64,000 nt of DNA, taken from contig JAPDFW010000090.1 of NCBI GenBank assembly GCA_028826165.1, forward strand, positions 225,783 through 289,782, given 5' to 3'. The position numbers and the translations under genes were made by a program. Under the pieces are notes generated by a model, which ran no database searches, was not told where the DNA came from, and saw only the letters and a program-made list of their open reading frames with translations. Of this stretch, positions 1 through 12,100 are shown one piece after another; the stretch's first letter is position 1; every line of letters begins with the position of its first letter. The stretch comes from Anaeramoeba ignava BMAN (Eukaryota > Protista > Anaeramoebae).

Positions 1-2112
1 AACAACAATAACCAAAATGATAGCAAGAGGAATACCCAAACCAACACCTAAACCAACAGCAAGATGAGAATTACTTTCAGAAACAGGAACAGGAACAGGA
101 GAAGGAGAAGGAGAAGGAATAATACCATTTTCAAAAACTTTAATAATTTGACCTGGATTAGTATAAGTTCCATAATATGCTAAATGTTTATTTTCATCAT
201 AATAAACACTTAATGGATATCCTTTTCCTGTTGAAATTGTATTGATTTTTGAAAGACAGAAATTTGTTAAATCAAATTCTATTAATTTTCCTGGAAATGT
301 TAATGTTGAAAATACTCCAATATTATATTCATTATCAATAAATCCTGATGAAAAATATGATGTTGATGAACTACTTATTAATCCAACTGCTTGAAAATTT
401 GAAAGATCAATTTTGATAATAGATCCTATTATTGTATTACTTCCAAAATATCCATATTTGTTTTGATTATCAATCATTGATGTTGATAATGAACTTTGTT
501 CTGTTTCTAAATTGATTTTTCCAATTCTTTCAAAATTTGATAATCTAAGTTTGATTATACTACTTGGATATGAATTAATTCCAAAATATCCATATTCTCC
601 ATTTGAATCAATAAATCCTGTTGATACTGATTTTTCTCCTGATTCAAATACATATGTGTTTAATTTGGTAAATGTTCCTAAATTAATTTTAATTATCATT
701 CCTGGATTTGTATTTGTTCCAAAATATCCAATTTGATTTTGATTATCAATTAAAGATAAAATTAATTCATTTTCTGGTTCATCTAAAGGAAGAATATCCA
801 TCAAAGTAAAAGTCTCTAAATTGAATTTGAAAATTGCTGCAGGTGATGTATCTGTTCCAAAATAAAGAATTTTGTTTATTGAATCAACGGCACCTGTTGT
901 TATTCCTCCGAAAGAATCAGGAATATCAAGTCTATCAACAACAACAAGATCTGAAAGTCTCATTTTAATAATAACAGGTGGAAAACTTTCAGTTGCGAAA
1001 TATCCATATCCTTCAATAGAATCAATAGCTCCTGCTTTAATTTTGTTTTCAGGTGGTGTTAATTCAATCGAATCAATTTCAATAAAATCATGAAGTTCTA
1101 CTTTAATAACATATCCTGGAAAAGTATGTGTTCCAAAATATACAAATCCAGCTCCTGGATCGATATTACTTGTCATAATATTACTTCCTCCTTCACTTAA
1201 TGTGAGATTTGATAAAATTGAAAAATTTGTTAATGAAATTTGAACAATTATTGCTGGTTGTGTGTAACTTCCAATAAAAAGTGAACCATTCAATGGATTA
1301 ATCATTAAATCAAATGTTGGATAAACTTGAGATGATAAATTTAATGTATTTGTTATAATAAATGATGAACCATGTATTTTAAGTACTTTATTAGGTGAAG
1401 ATTCAACAATAAAATAAACCATATCATGAACTGGATCATATTGTCCCGCTCTAACTCCTCCATAACTTGAATCAAGTGTAATTTCATCAACTTTTTCAAA
1501 AATTGTAAGATTAATTTTGATAATTTTAGCAGGAACATTATAAGTTCCAAGATAAAGAATTTGATTTTGAGTATCAATAGCAAGTCCTTCAATACTATTT
1601 TCTTCTTCTGAAAGATTATAAATTGAAATTATTGAAAAATTTGTGAGATTAACTTTAATAATTGAACCAGGATCTGTATTTGAACCAAAATAACCAATTG
1701 AATTTTTATCATCAACAGCAGATGTTGAAATTGGTGAAATTTGTTCAGGAATAGTTAAATTTGAAATGAATGAAAAAGTTGATAAATTAATCATAATAAG
1801 TTGACTTGGAATCGTACTTGTTGCAAAATAAGCAAGTTCTTTTTCTCTATCAATTATTCCAGTACTTATATAATCTAATCCTTCTTGAAGTGTTAAAGTT
1901 GATATTTTTGTAAAATTACTTAAACTTATCTTTATTATTTGAGCTGGAGATGTACTTGTTCCAAAATAAATGAATTCATTTGGTGTATCAATTATTGAAC
2001 ACATTAAATTATTTTCACCTATATTTAATGTAGTTATTCCTTGTTCAATTAATTCTGTGTTTGTAAAATTTATTAAAATTATTATAATTATTAAAATTAT
2101 TTTTTTTATCAT
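1..2112 (-). CDS. Type-I membrane surface protein with ~43-aa beta-propeller-like repeats, copy 1 (3' end runs off the window)
   Basis: ATG at 2112 (MIKKIILIIIIILINF signal peptide). Near-identical to 3394-5591 at a ~3478-bp offset. Repeats of IDxxNxxxYFGTxTxPGxIIKIxLxxF, a PSPSPSPVPVPV stalk and a TM segment at the window edge. Absent from the ORF track probably because no stop lies in the window. Confidence 0.8.
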   Translation of the reverse strand, partial: MIKKIILIIIIILINFTNTELIEQGITTLNIGENNLMCSIIDTPNEFIYFGTSTSPAQIIKISLSNFTKISTLTLQEGLDYISTGIIDREKELAYFATSTIPSQLIMINLSTFSFISNLTIPEQISPISTSAVDDKNSIGYFGSNTDPGSIIKVNLTNFSIISIYNLSEEENSIEGLAIDTQNQILYLGTYNVPAKIIKINLTIFEKVDEITLDSSYGGVRAGQYDPVHDMVYFIVESSPNKVLKIHGSSFIITNTLNLSSQVYPTFDLMINPLNGSLFIGSYTQPAIIVQISLTNFSILSNLTLSEGGSNIMTSNIDPGAGFVYFGTHTFPGYVIKVELHDFIEIDSIELTPPENKIKAGAIDSIEGYGYFATESFPPVIIKMRLSDLVVVDRLDIPDSFGGITTGAVDSINKILYFGTDTSPAAIFKFNLETFTLMDILPLDEPENELILSLIDNQNQIGYFGTNTNPGMIIKINLGTFTKLNTYVFESGEKSVSTGFIDSNGEYGYFGINSYPSSIIKLRLSNFERIGKINLETEQSSLSTSMIDNQNKYGYFGSNTIIGSIIKIDLSNFQAVGLISSSSTSYFSSGFIDNEYNIGVFSTLTFPGKLIEFDLTNFCLSKINTISTGKGYPLSVYYDENKHLAYYGTYTNPGQIIKVFENGIIPSPSPSPVPVPVSESNSHLAVGLGVGLGIPLAIILVIVV

Positions 2113-2249
2113 TTTTTTTATTTTTAAATTAAATGAGAAAAATGAAAAATAAAATTTTTAATAAAAATTATTTTCAAAAAAATTTTTTTTTTAGGGTTTT
2201 ATTTTAACAATAAATCCTTAAAAAATTTCATCATCATTTTTATTCGAAT

Positions 2250-3352
2250 TTATTCCAATTTTTATTTAGATTTTTATTTAGATTTTTATTCCAATTTTTA
2301 TTTATATTTTTATTTATATTTTTATTTATATTTTTATTTATATTTTTATTTATATTTTTATTTATATTTTTATTTATATTTTTATTTAGATTTTTATTTA
2401 GATTTTTATTTAGATTTTTATTTAGATTTTTATTTAGATTTTTATTTTTATTCCAATTTTTATTTATATTTTTATTCCAATTTTTATTTATATTTTTATT
2501 TTATTTATATTTTTATTTAATTTTTATTTTATTTTTATTTATATTTTTATTTTATTTTTATTTTTTATTCAATTTTTATTTTTATTTTATATTTTTTTTT
2601 ATTTTTTAATTTTTATTTATATTTTTTATTTATATTTTTATTTAGATTTTTATTTATATTTTTTTTATTCCAATTTTTATTTATGTTTTTTATTTTTATA
2701 TTTTTATTTTATATTTTTATTCCAATTTTTATTTAGATTTTTATTTCAGTTTTTTATATTTTTTTTATTTATATTTTTTATTTAGATTTTTATTCCAATT
2801 TTTATTTAATTTTTATTCAATTTTTATTTAGATTTTTATTTCAATTTTTATTCCAATTTTTATTCCTATTTTTATTTATATTTTTATTTATATTTTTATT
2901 TATATTTTTATTTATATTTTTATTCCAATTTTTATTTAGATTTTTATTTCAATTTTTATTTATATTTTTATTTATATTTTTATTTCAATTTTTATTTATA
3001 TTTTTATTTAGATTTTTATTCCAATTTTTATTCCAATTTTTATTTTGATTTTTATTCCAATTTTTATTCCAATTTTTATTCCAATTTTTATTTAGATTTT
3101 TATTCCAATTTTTATTCCAATTTTTATTTAGATTTTTATTTATATTTTTATTTATATTTTTATTTAGATTTTTATTCCACTTTTTATTCCAATTTTTATT
3201 TTGATTTTTATTTAGATTTTTATTTATATTTTTATTTATATTTTTATTTAGATTTTTATTTAGATTTTTTATTTCAATTTTTATTCCAATTTTTATTTTG
3301 ATTTTTATTTTTATTTTTATTTATATTTTTATTTAGATTTTTATTTAGATTT
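2250..3352. repeat. 12-bp AT satellite (ATTTTTATTTAG / ATTTTTATTTAT / ATTTTTATTCCA variants)
   Basis: Tandem units read directly; fills the spacer between the two surface-protein copies. Confidence 0.9.
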
Positions 3353-3393
3353 TGGATTGAAAAAAAAAATCAAATTCAAATTCAAATTCAAAT

Positions 3394-5591
3394 TCAAAAA
3401 CGAGCATAATTGTTTTCTCTTGGATCAGTTGATGAAGTCTTGTTCCCTTTAGATTTTCTCTTTCTAAAAATAAAGAAAGCAGCAACAACAAAAATCAAAA
3501 TAAGAGGAATAGTCAAACCAACACCTAAACCAACATCAAGATGAGAATTACTTTCAGAAACAGGAACAGGAACAGGAGAAGGAGAAGGAGAAGGAATAAT
3601 ACCATTTTCAAAGACTTTAATAATTTGACCTGGATTAGTATAAGTTCCATAATATGCTAAGTGTTTATTTTCATCATAATAAACACTTAATGGATATCCT
3701 TTTCCTGTTGAAATTGTATTGATTTTCGAAAGACAGAAATTTGTTAAATCAAATTCTATTAATTTTCCTGGAAATGTTAATGTTGAAAATACTCCAATAT
3801 TATATTCATTATCAATAAATCCTGATGAAAAATATGATGTTGATGAACTACTTATTAATCCAACTGCTTGAAAATTTGAAAGATCAATTTTGATAATAGA
3901 TCCTATTATTGTATTACTTCCAAAATATCCATATTTGTTTTGATTATCAATCATTGATGTTGATAATGAACTTTGTTCTGTTTCTAAATTGATTTTTCCA
4001 ATTCTTTCAAAATTTGATAATTTAAGTTTAATTATACTACTTGGATATGAATTAATTCCAAAATATCCATATTCTCCATTTGAATCAATAAATCCTGTTG
4101 ATACTGATTTTTCTCCTGATTCAAATACATATGTGTTTAATTTGGTAAATGTTCCTAAATCAATTTTAATTATCATTCCTGGATTTGTATTTGTTCCAAA
4201 ATATTCAATTTGATTTTGATTATCAATTAAAGAGAAAATTAATTCATTTTCTGGTTCATCTAAAGGAAGGAAATCAGTCATGGAAAAAGTTTGTAAGCTA
4301 ATTTGAAGAATGACTCCAGGTGATGTATCTGTTCCAAAATAAAGATTTTTGTTTATTGAATCAATAATTCCTGTTGTTATTCTTCCGAAAAAACCAAGAA
4401 TATCAAGTCTATCAACAACAACAAGATCTGAAAGTCTCATTTTAATAATAACAGGTGGAAAACTTTCAGTTGCGAAATATCCATATCCTTCAATAGAATC
4501 AATAGCTCCTGCTTTAATTTTGTTTTCAGGTGGTGTTAATTCAATCAGAATCAATTTCAATAAAATCATGAAGTTCTACTTTAATAACATATCCTGGAAA
4601 AGTATGTGTTCCAAAATATATAAATCCAGCTCCTGGATCGATATTACTTGTCATAATATTGTTTCCTCCTTCACTTAATGTGAGATTTGATAAAATTGAA
4701 AAATTTGTTAATGAAATTTGAACAATTATTGCTGGTTGTGTGTAACTTCCAATAAAAAGTGAACCATTCAATGAATCAATCATTAAATCAAATGTTGGAT
4801 AAACTTGAGATGATAAATTTAATGTATTTGTTATAATAAATGATGAACCATGTATTTTAAGTACTTTATTAGGTGAAGATTCAACAACAAAATAAACCAT
4901 ATCATGAACTGGATCATATTGTCCTGCTCTAACTCCTCCATAACTTGAATCAAGTGTAATTTCATCAACTTTTTCAAAAATTGTAAGATTAATTTTGATA
5001 ATTTTAGCAGGAACATTATAAGTTCCAAGATAAAGAATTTGATTTTGAGTATCAATAGCAAATCCTTCAATACTATTTTCTTCTTCTGAAAGGTTATAAA
5101 TTGAAATTATTGAAAAATTTGTGAGATTAACTTTAATAATTGAACCAGGATCTGTATTTGAACCAAAATAACCAATTGAATTTTTATCATCAACAGCAGA
5201 TGTTGAAATTGGTGAAATTTGTTCAGGAATAGTTAAATTTGAAATGAATGTAGAAAGTTGATAAATTTATCATAATAAGTTGACTTGGAATTGTACTTGT
5301 TGCAAAATAAGCAAGTTCTTTTTCTCTATCAATTATTCCAGTACTTATATAATCTAATCCTTCTTGAAGTGTTAAAGTTGATATTTTTGTAAAATTACTT
5401 AAACTTATCTTTATTATTTGAGCTGGAGATGTACTTGCTCCAAAATAAATGAATTCATTTGGTGTATCTATTATTGAACACATTAAATTATTTTCACCTA
5501 TATTTAATGTAGTTATTCCTTGTTCAATTAGTTCTGTGTTTGTAAAATTTATTAAAATTATTATAATTATTAAAATTATTTTTTTTATCAT
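3394..5591 (-). CDS. Type-I membrane surface repeat protein, copy 2 (~730 aa; two +1 insertions at ~5250 and ~4547, probably assembly errors)
   Basis: ORF pieces 5223-5591, 4541-4900 and 3394-4569 join by alignment to copy 1. Signal peptide, YFGT repeats, SP stalk, TM VGLGVGLTIPLILIFVVAAFFIF, RKRK stop-transfer and a cytoplasmic tail ending YARF. Confidence 0.8.
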
Positions 5592-6304
5592 TTTTTTTAT
5601 TTTTAAATTAAATTAGAAAAATGAAAAATAAAATTTTTTTTTGATTGTTCGATTATTTTTGATCAAAAGAATTAAAGAAAAAAAATTTTTTTAGATGAAA
5701 GCAAAAAATTAAAAGAAAAAAATAATTAAAAAAAAAAAATTACTGACTCATTTATTTTCAAAATAAAAATTTAATTAAAAATAACTATTATTATTATTAT
5801 TACTATTATTATTATTATTGATTATTTTTATTATTGATTAAAAAAATAATTTAAAAAACAAAGATCTATTTTAAAAAGATTTTTAAACAGTTTGAAAATA
5901 ATAATAATAATAATAATTAAAAAGGAAATAATTTTTAAGAAAGTTTAACTTCTCATTTTTGCTTTTTTAAATTTTTCTTTTTTAATTTTTCATTTTGATC
6001 TTTTTTTTTACATAAATTTTAAATTTTAAATTTTTAAATTTTTTTATAAACTTTCAATATAAATTTTTTCCATTTTTTTTTTTACAATTCAATCCTTTTT
6101 TTTCATTTTAAATTTTCATTTTTAAATTTTCATTTTCTTTTTTTTTTTATTATTTTTTAAATAAATCTTTAAATTTGAATTTTTTTTTTTTTTTTTTTAA
6201 AATATGAATTCGGGACAAATTTTTTTTTGGATAAAAAATAGGATAAAAAAGAGGATTAAGGAAAAAGAAATAAAAAAGAAAATGAGAATTAAATGAGAGA
6301 TAAA

Positions 6305-7659
6305 TCATTGATAATAAGGATGAAAGGATCTAAATCTTGGTCTATAAGAAGGTCTTCTATAAGGATTAAAGGATCTTCCTCTTGAAAAGCCTCTTCCTCT
6401 TGGAAATCCTCTTGCGCGTGGATAGTAACTTCTTGCTCTTTCTCGTGCTAGTATAAATCGTGGTACATTCGTTCTTTTTATTGTAACATGTATTATTCTT
6501 CCCCGAAATTCTTGTTCGTCTAATTTTAATGCTTCTTCTACTGATTCTTTATCTGCAAATTCTATATATGCATGTCTTTTTTTTTAATTTTTTAAAGAAT
6601 TTTAATTTTAATTTTAATTTTAATTTTAAATTTAATTTTAATTTTAATTTTAATTTTAATTTTAAATTTAATTTTAATTTTAAATTTAATTTTTAATTTT
6701 AATTTTAAATTTAAATTTAATTTTAATTTTAATTTTAATTTTAATTTTAATTTTGATTTTAATTTTAATTTTAATTTTAATTTTAATTTTAATTTTAATT
6801 TTAATTTTATAAATGAATTTTAATTTTAATTTTAATTTTATAAATTAATTTTAATTTTAATTTTAATTTTAATTTTAATTTTAATTTTAATTTTAATTTT
6901 AATTTTAATTTTAATTTTAATTTTAATTTTTAATTTTAATTTTAATTTTAATTTTAATTTTAATTTTTAATTTTAATTTTAATTTTAATTTTAATTTTAA
7001 TTTTAATTTTAATTTTAATTTTAATTATAATTTTAATTTTAATTTTAATTTTAATTTTAATTTTAATTTTAATTTTAATTTTAATTTTAATTTTAATTTT
7101 AATTTTTAATTTTAATTTTAATTTTTAATTTATAATTTTGATTTTAATAAAAAATACCCTTTTGGATGTTTTGTAATTTTATCTTGAAGTATTTTTATTC
7201 TATTAATTTTTCCACAAGATTCAAAAAAAGATTCTAATTCACTTGCAGTTGAACTAAAATCAACATTTTGAACAAAAATAGATCTAGAATCAGCTTCTTC
7301 TAATAAATTTTAATTTAATTTTTTAATTTAATTTTTTAATTTAATTTTTTAATTTAATTTTTTAAATGAATTTTTTATTTTTATTCAAAATTACCTTGTG
7401 GTGTTGATAAAATATCAGATTGAGTTTGTGAAAAATCATCTTGAAGTTCTTTTTCAAGATTTTCTATGTCTTCAGTTTCTTGATCTTGATCTTGATATTC
7501 TTGTTCATCTGTTTCTTTGTTTTCTTGTTCTTTTGATTCTGTTTTTTTTTCTTTTTCTTTTCCTTTTTCTTCTTTATTTTTTTTGAATTTTTCTTCTTGT
7601 TCTGTTTCTTTTTGTTCTTCATCTTCATCGAATCGAATAATAAGTTCTGAAGTTGTCAT
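6305..7659 (-). CDS. PABPN1: Nuclear poly(A)-binding protein (PABPN1/Pab2), 225 aa; exons 7659-7395, 7299-7158, 6575-6305
   Basis: Spliced translation gives an acidic N-terminus, [53 protein letters not shown]...KRTNVP (PABPN1 RRM) and an Arg-rich tail ending FHPYYQ. GT-AG introns keep the frame. Confidence 0.92.
6600..7145. repeat. (TTTTAA)n microsatellite filling PABPN1 intron 2
   Basis: Direct reading. Confidence 0.9.
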
Positions 7660-7754
7660 TTTATTTTAGAAAACTAAAAAAAAAAATGAAAAAAAAAATT
7701 AAAAAAAAAATTTAAAAAAAATTTTTTTAAAACGTTAAAAATATAAATAACGTC

Positions 7755-9105
7755 ATTTAAATTTTATTTAAATTAAATAGAACAAATAATTTATTTGAAT
7801 AAACTTGATAATTATTTAATTAAATATTGAAATAAAATTATTAAAATATTTTATAATTATTATTTCATTAATTAAATATATTTTTAATTAATTTTTATTT
7901 TTAAATTTATTTAAATTAAATAGAATAAATAATTTATTTGGATAAACTTGTTAATTATTTAATTAGATATTGAAATAAAATTATTAAAATATTTTATCAT
8001 TATTATTTCATTAATTAAATATATTTTTAATTAATTTTTATTTTTAAATTTTATTTAAATTAAATAGGATAAATAATTTATTTGGATAGACTTGATAATT
8101 ATTTAATTAAATATTGAAATAAAATTATTAAAATATTTTATTATTATTATTTCATTAATTAAATATATTTTTAATTAATATTTATTTTTAATTTTATTTA
8201 AATTAAATAGAATAAATAATTTATTTGGATAAATTTGATAATTATTTAATTAAATATTGAAATAAAATTATTAAAATATTTTATTATTATTATTTCATTA
8301 ATTAAATATATTTAATTAATTTTATTTTTAATTTTATTTAAATTAAATAGAATAAATAATTTATTTGGATAAATTTGTTAATTATTTAATTAAATATTGA
8401 AATAAAATTATTAAAATATTTTATTATTTTTATTTTATTAATTAAATATATTTTTAATTAATTTTTATTTTTAAATTTATTTAAATTAAATAGAATAAAT
8501 AATTTATTTGAATAAACTTGTTAATTATTTAATTAAATATTGAAATAAAATTATTAAAAATATTTTATCATTTTTATTTCATTAATTAAATATATTTTTA
8601 ATTAATATTTATTTTTAATTTTATTTAAATTAAATAGAATAAATAATTTATTTGGATAGATTTGATAATTATTTAATTAAATATTGAAATAAAAATTATT
8701 AAAATATTTTATTATTATTATTTCATTAATTAAATATATTTTTAATTAATTTTTATTTTTAATTTTATTTAAATTAAATAGAATAAATAATTTATTTGAA
8801 TAAACTTGTTAATTATTTAATTAGATATTGAAATAAAATTATTAAAATATTTTATTATTATTATTTCATTAATTAAATATATTTTTAATTAATTTTTATT
8901 TTTAATTTTATTTAAATTAAATAGAACAAATAATTTATTTGAATAAACTTGTTAATTATTTAATTAAATATTGAAATAAAATTATTAAAATATTTTATTA
9001 TTTTTATTTCATTAATTAAATATATTTTTATTAATTTTTATTTTTAATTTTATTTGAATTAAATAGAATAAATAATTTATTTGAATAAACTTGGTAATTA
9101 TTTAA
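7755..9105. repeat. ~143-bp tandem minisatellite, ~9.5 copies
   Basis: The anchor AATTAAATAG recurs at 7771, 7914, 8058, 8201, 8341, 8484, 8628, 8772, 8915 and 9057 (spacing 140-144). Confidence 0.92.
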
Positions 9106-9191
9106 TTAGAAAAAAAAATGGGAGAAATAATTTTTTTTTTCATTTTTTTTTCATTTTTTTTTTCTATTTTCAATTTCTTTTCCAAAAAAAA

Positions 9192-12100
9192 ATGAATGGA
9201 AAATTTGAACCAACATTAAAATATTTAACCTTTTCAGGATTTCGTTCATTTCCAGATGATAAAAAAATAAAAATAGAATTCAATGAACCATTAACGATAA
9301 TTTATGGAAAAAATCAATCAGGAAAATCAACGATAAATGAAATATTAAAAATGGGGTTTACATTTGCAAAAGTGCCAGGAGTGGCCTATAAAAATATATT
9401 AAATCCAACAGCAAAAAAAGGGTTTATTAAATATAAATTGGAGTTGAGAAATAAATCACCTTTAATTTTTGAATGGGAAATGAATAGAAAAGGAACATCA
9501 AGCAAACCACGTTTAATTCTTCCTGATAATTCAGATGAATATATCGAACCCACTCAAGAAGAATACAAGAATATAATATCAAATTTGTTAGGAATCACTC
9601 CTGATTTTGTGTCTATGATTATATTTCCAAAACAAGAATCAGAAAATTTATTATTAAGTAAACAAAATCAAACAGCATTTTCAAAAATGATGAGGAAGTT
9701 GATGGGATTTGAAAGGTTGTTTGATACTTTAAGAACGTATGAAGAACAAAGAAAAGAGTTATTGAAACAAATTGAAAAAAACCCAGAAAACAAATCAAGT
9801 TCAAAAAATTCAAAAAATCCAAAAAATGCAAAAAATTCAAAAAATGCAAAAAGTCCAAAAAGTTCAAAAATTTAAGTCAAACTATTCAAAATAACCCAAA
9901 TATACAAGAAATTGATAAAAAAATACAAAATCTCAAGGATGCACTCCATAAATCAAACAAAATAGAAAAATGGAAAAGTGAATTAGAATTGGAATATGAA
10001 CACAAAAGAAATTTAGATCATATTCTACAAGTATATAAAGAAGATATAAATCAAACACAGAAAAAATTCACAGAAATGATAAAAGAAATCAAAAAAATTG
10101 AAATTCACATACCTCAACTTGAAAATGAAGAAAAACAATACCAATCTATTGTTCAGATAAAAAGAATTGATATCGAAAAAACAAAACAAGAAATTATCAC
10201 CAAAACTTCCAAGTTATTTCAAACTTGGCAAATAAATATGAGTCCAAATTCATTTCTGAATAAATCTGACACTCAAATTTTTCATCTTTTTTCACAAGTA
10301 TTTGGTCAAATACAACAAAAAATGCAGCAAAATGATCAAATATCCAAAGAATTTGAAGCTTTAGTTGGATATGAAACAAAATTAAGTCAAATTAGATCAA
10401 AAAATGAATATTATAACAAGAAGCTAGAAAATTATCCAAAAGAAAAGCTAGCCAAATTGAAAAAAATCCAACAAAAATATACACTTTATTCAGAGAAAAT
10501 CTCAAAAATTCATTTAGTTATCGATTTTATTAAGCACTCAGATTTATCCTTTGGCAACTTTGATTTGCAATCAATCTTTCAAAATCCTCAAAATTCTTCT
10601 AATATTCAAGAATCAAATATTCCCATTGAAAATTATCTTTCAAATTTGAAAATAGTTAGGAAAATATTGGAGTATCAAATCAAATTTGTAAAAAAACTTA
10701 ATAAGAAAAACTTTGAAGAATATATCCAAAGAATCGAAAATGAAAATCAAGGAATTATCAATTTTAAATTGAACGAGAAGCTAATAAATATCGAAAAAGA
10801 ATTAGATAAACTGCCCAATCAAAATATTGATAAGAAAACAATACATCATTTAATTTCTGAAACTAAAACTACAAATCAGAACGAAATTGATTCAAGGATG
10901 AATAATAAAAAAGAACTAGAAATTGAAAATGATATTCGTTTATATATTCAATTAATCAAAAATTGGCAAGAAAATAACATTTCGTCTGAATCAAAGGAAT
11001 CTAAATATAATTTTTCCGTTTCAACAAATTTCTTCTTTTTATGACAACAAAAACCAAAATAATCAAAATAATCAAAATGAAATTCAGAAACAAATTGAAG
11101 AACTGATCCAAAGAGTTATCCAAAATCCAGATTTAAATGAAAATATAAAGCAAATCCAAATTCAAGAGTTTGAAAAATCAATCAAAATAATTAATGAAAA
11201 TTTAACTCAAAAGAAAGATTTAACTCAATTTAACAAAAACTTATCATTTCTTCAAAGAACTACTTCATCAGCAAAGAAAATCTTGAAACTAAAAAAGAAA
11301 CAAGAAAAATATCAAGAAATTATTCAAAAACAAAGCATTTCACAAAAAAGTGCAGAGAAAATGATTCAAAAAATAAGCAAAAATAAAGAAGCTCAAAATC
11401 CATTCAATATTCAACAAATAATTTCATGGAAAAAAGCATTTCTTAATAACCAAGTATTGATTAGTGATTTAAAAGAAATAATTAACCAAATTATGAATTT
11501 AAAAGGAAAATTAGAAAATTTTAAGAATTCAATTGAAGTTAAAAAATATGATTCGATTATAAATCAAATCGATATGGAAAAACAAAAAGCAAAATTTAAT
11601 GAGGTTCAAATCCAAAAAGAAAAAGAAAAAGAACAAGAAAAGGAAAAAGAAAAGCAAAAAATTTTTGGAGAGTATGAGGAATGCGAAAAGAAAATTTCTC
11701 ATTATAAACAAAAACTTGATTTTGAAAAAACAATTAAATCCAAACAACCGAATATAATCGAAAGAGAAATCAAAAAATTGGAGAAACAAAAAGAAAAATT
11801 GAAAAAAGAAATTGCTTTAAATAAATATGAAGGAAATGAAAATACAAATGAAAATACAAATGAAAATACAAATGAAAATACAAATGAAAATACAAATGAA
11901 AATGAAAATATAGAATTATTTGTGAAACAAATAGAAAAAGAATATAATCTTTTAGTCAAAATTTTGAAGGAAAAAAGGGATGAATATATTGATGAAATTA
12001 ATAACAAATTAAATATTTATTGGAGAGGATTTTCATCACAAAAAGGATTAAGTCGAATTAGTTTAAGAACAGCACCAACTACTTTACCACTTTTTGAAGA

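Noticed and set aside
2188-2200. Telomeric TTTAGGG
   Set aside because: A single occurrence, not an array.
6205-6297. Short plus-strand ORF (~30 aa) preceded by TCATTT motifs
   Set aside because: Low-complexity and antisense to the probable PABPN1 3'UTR; no supporting homology.
7755-9105. CRISPR array or tRNA/5S gene cluster
   Set aside because: Whole units are repeated without spacers, the sequence is almost entirely A/T, and there are no A/B boxes or cloverleaf.
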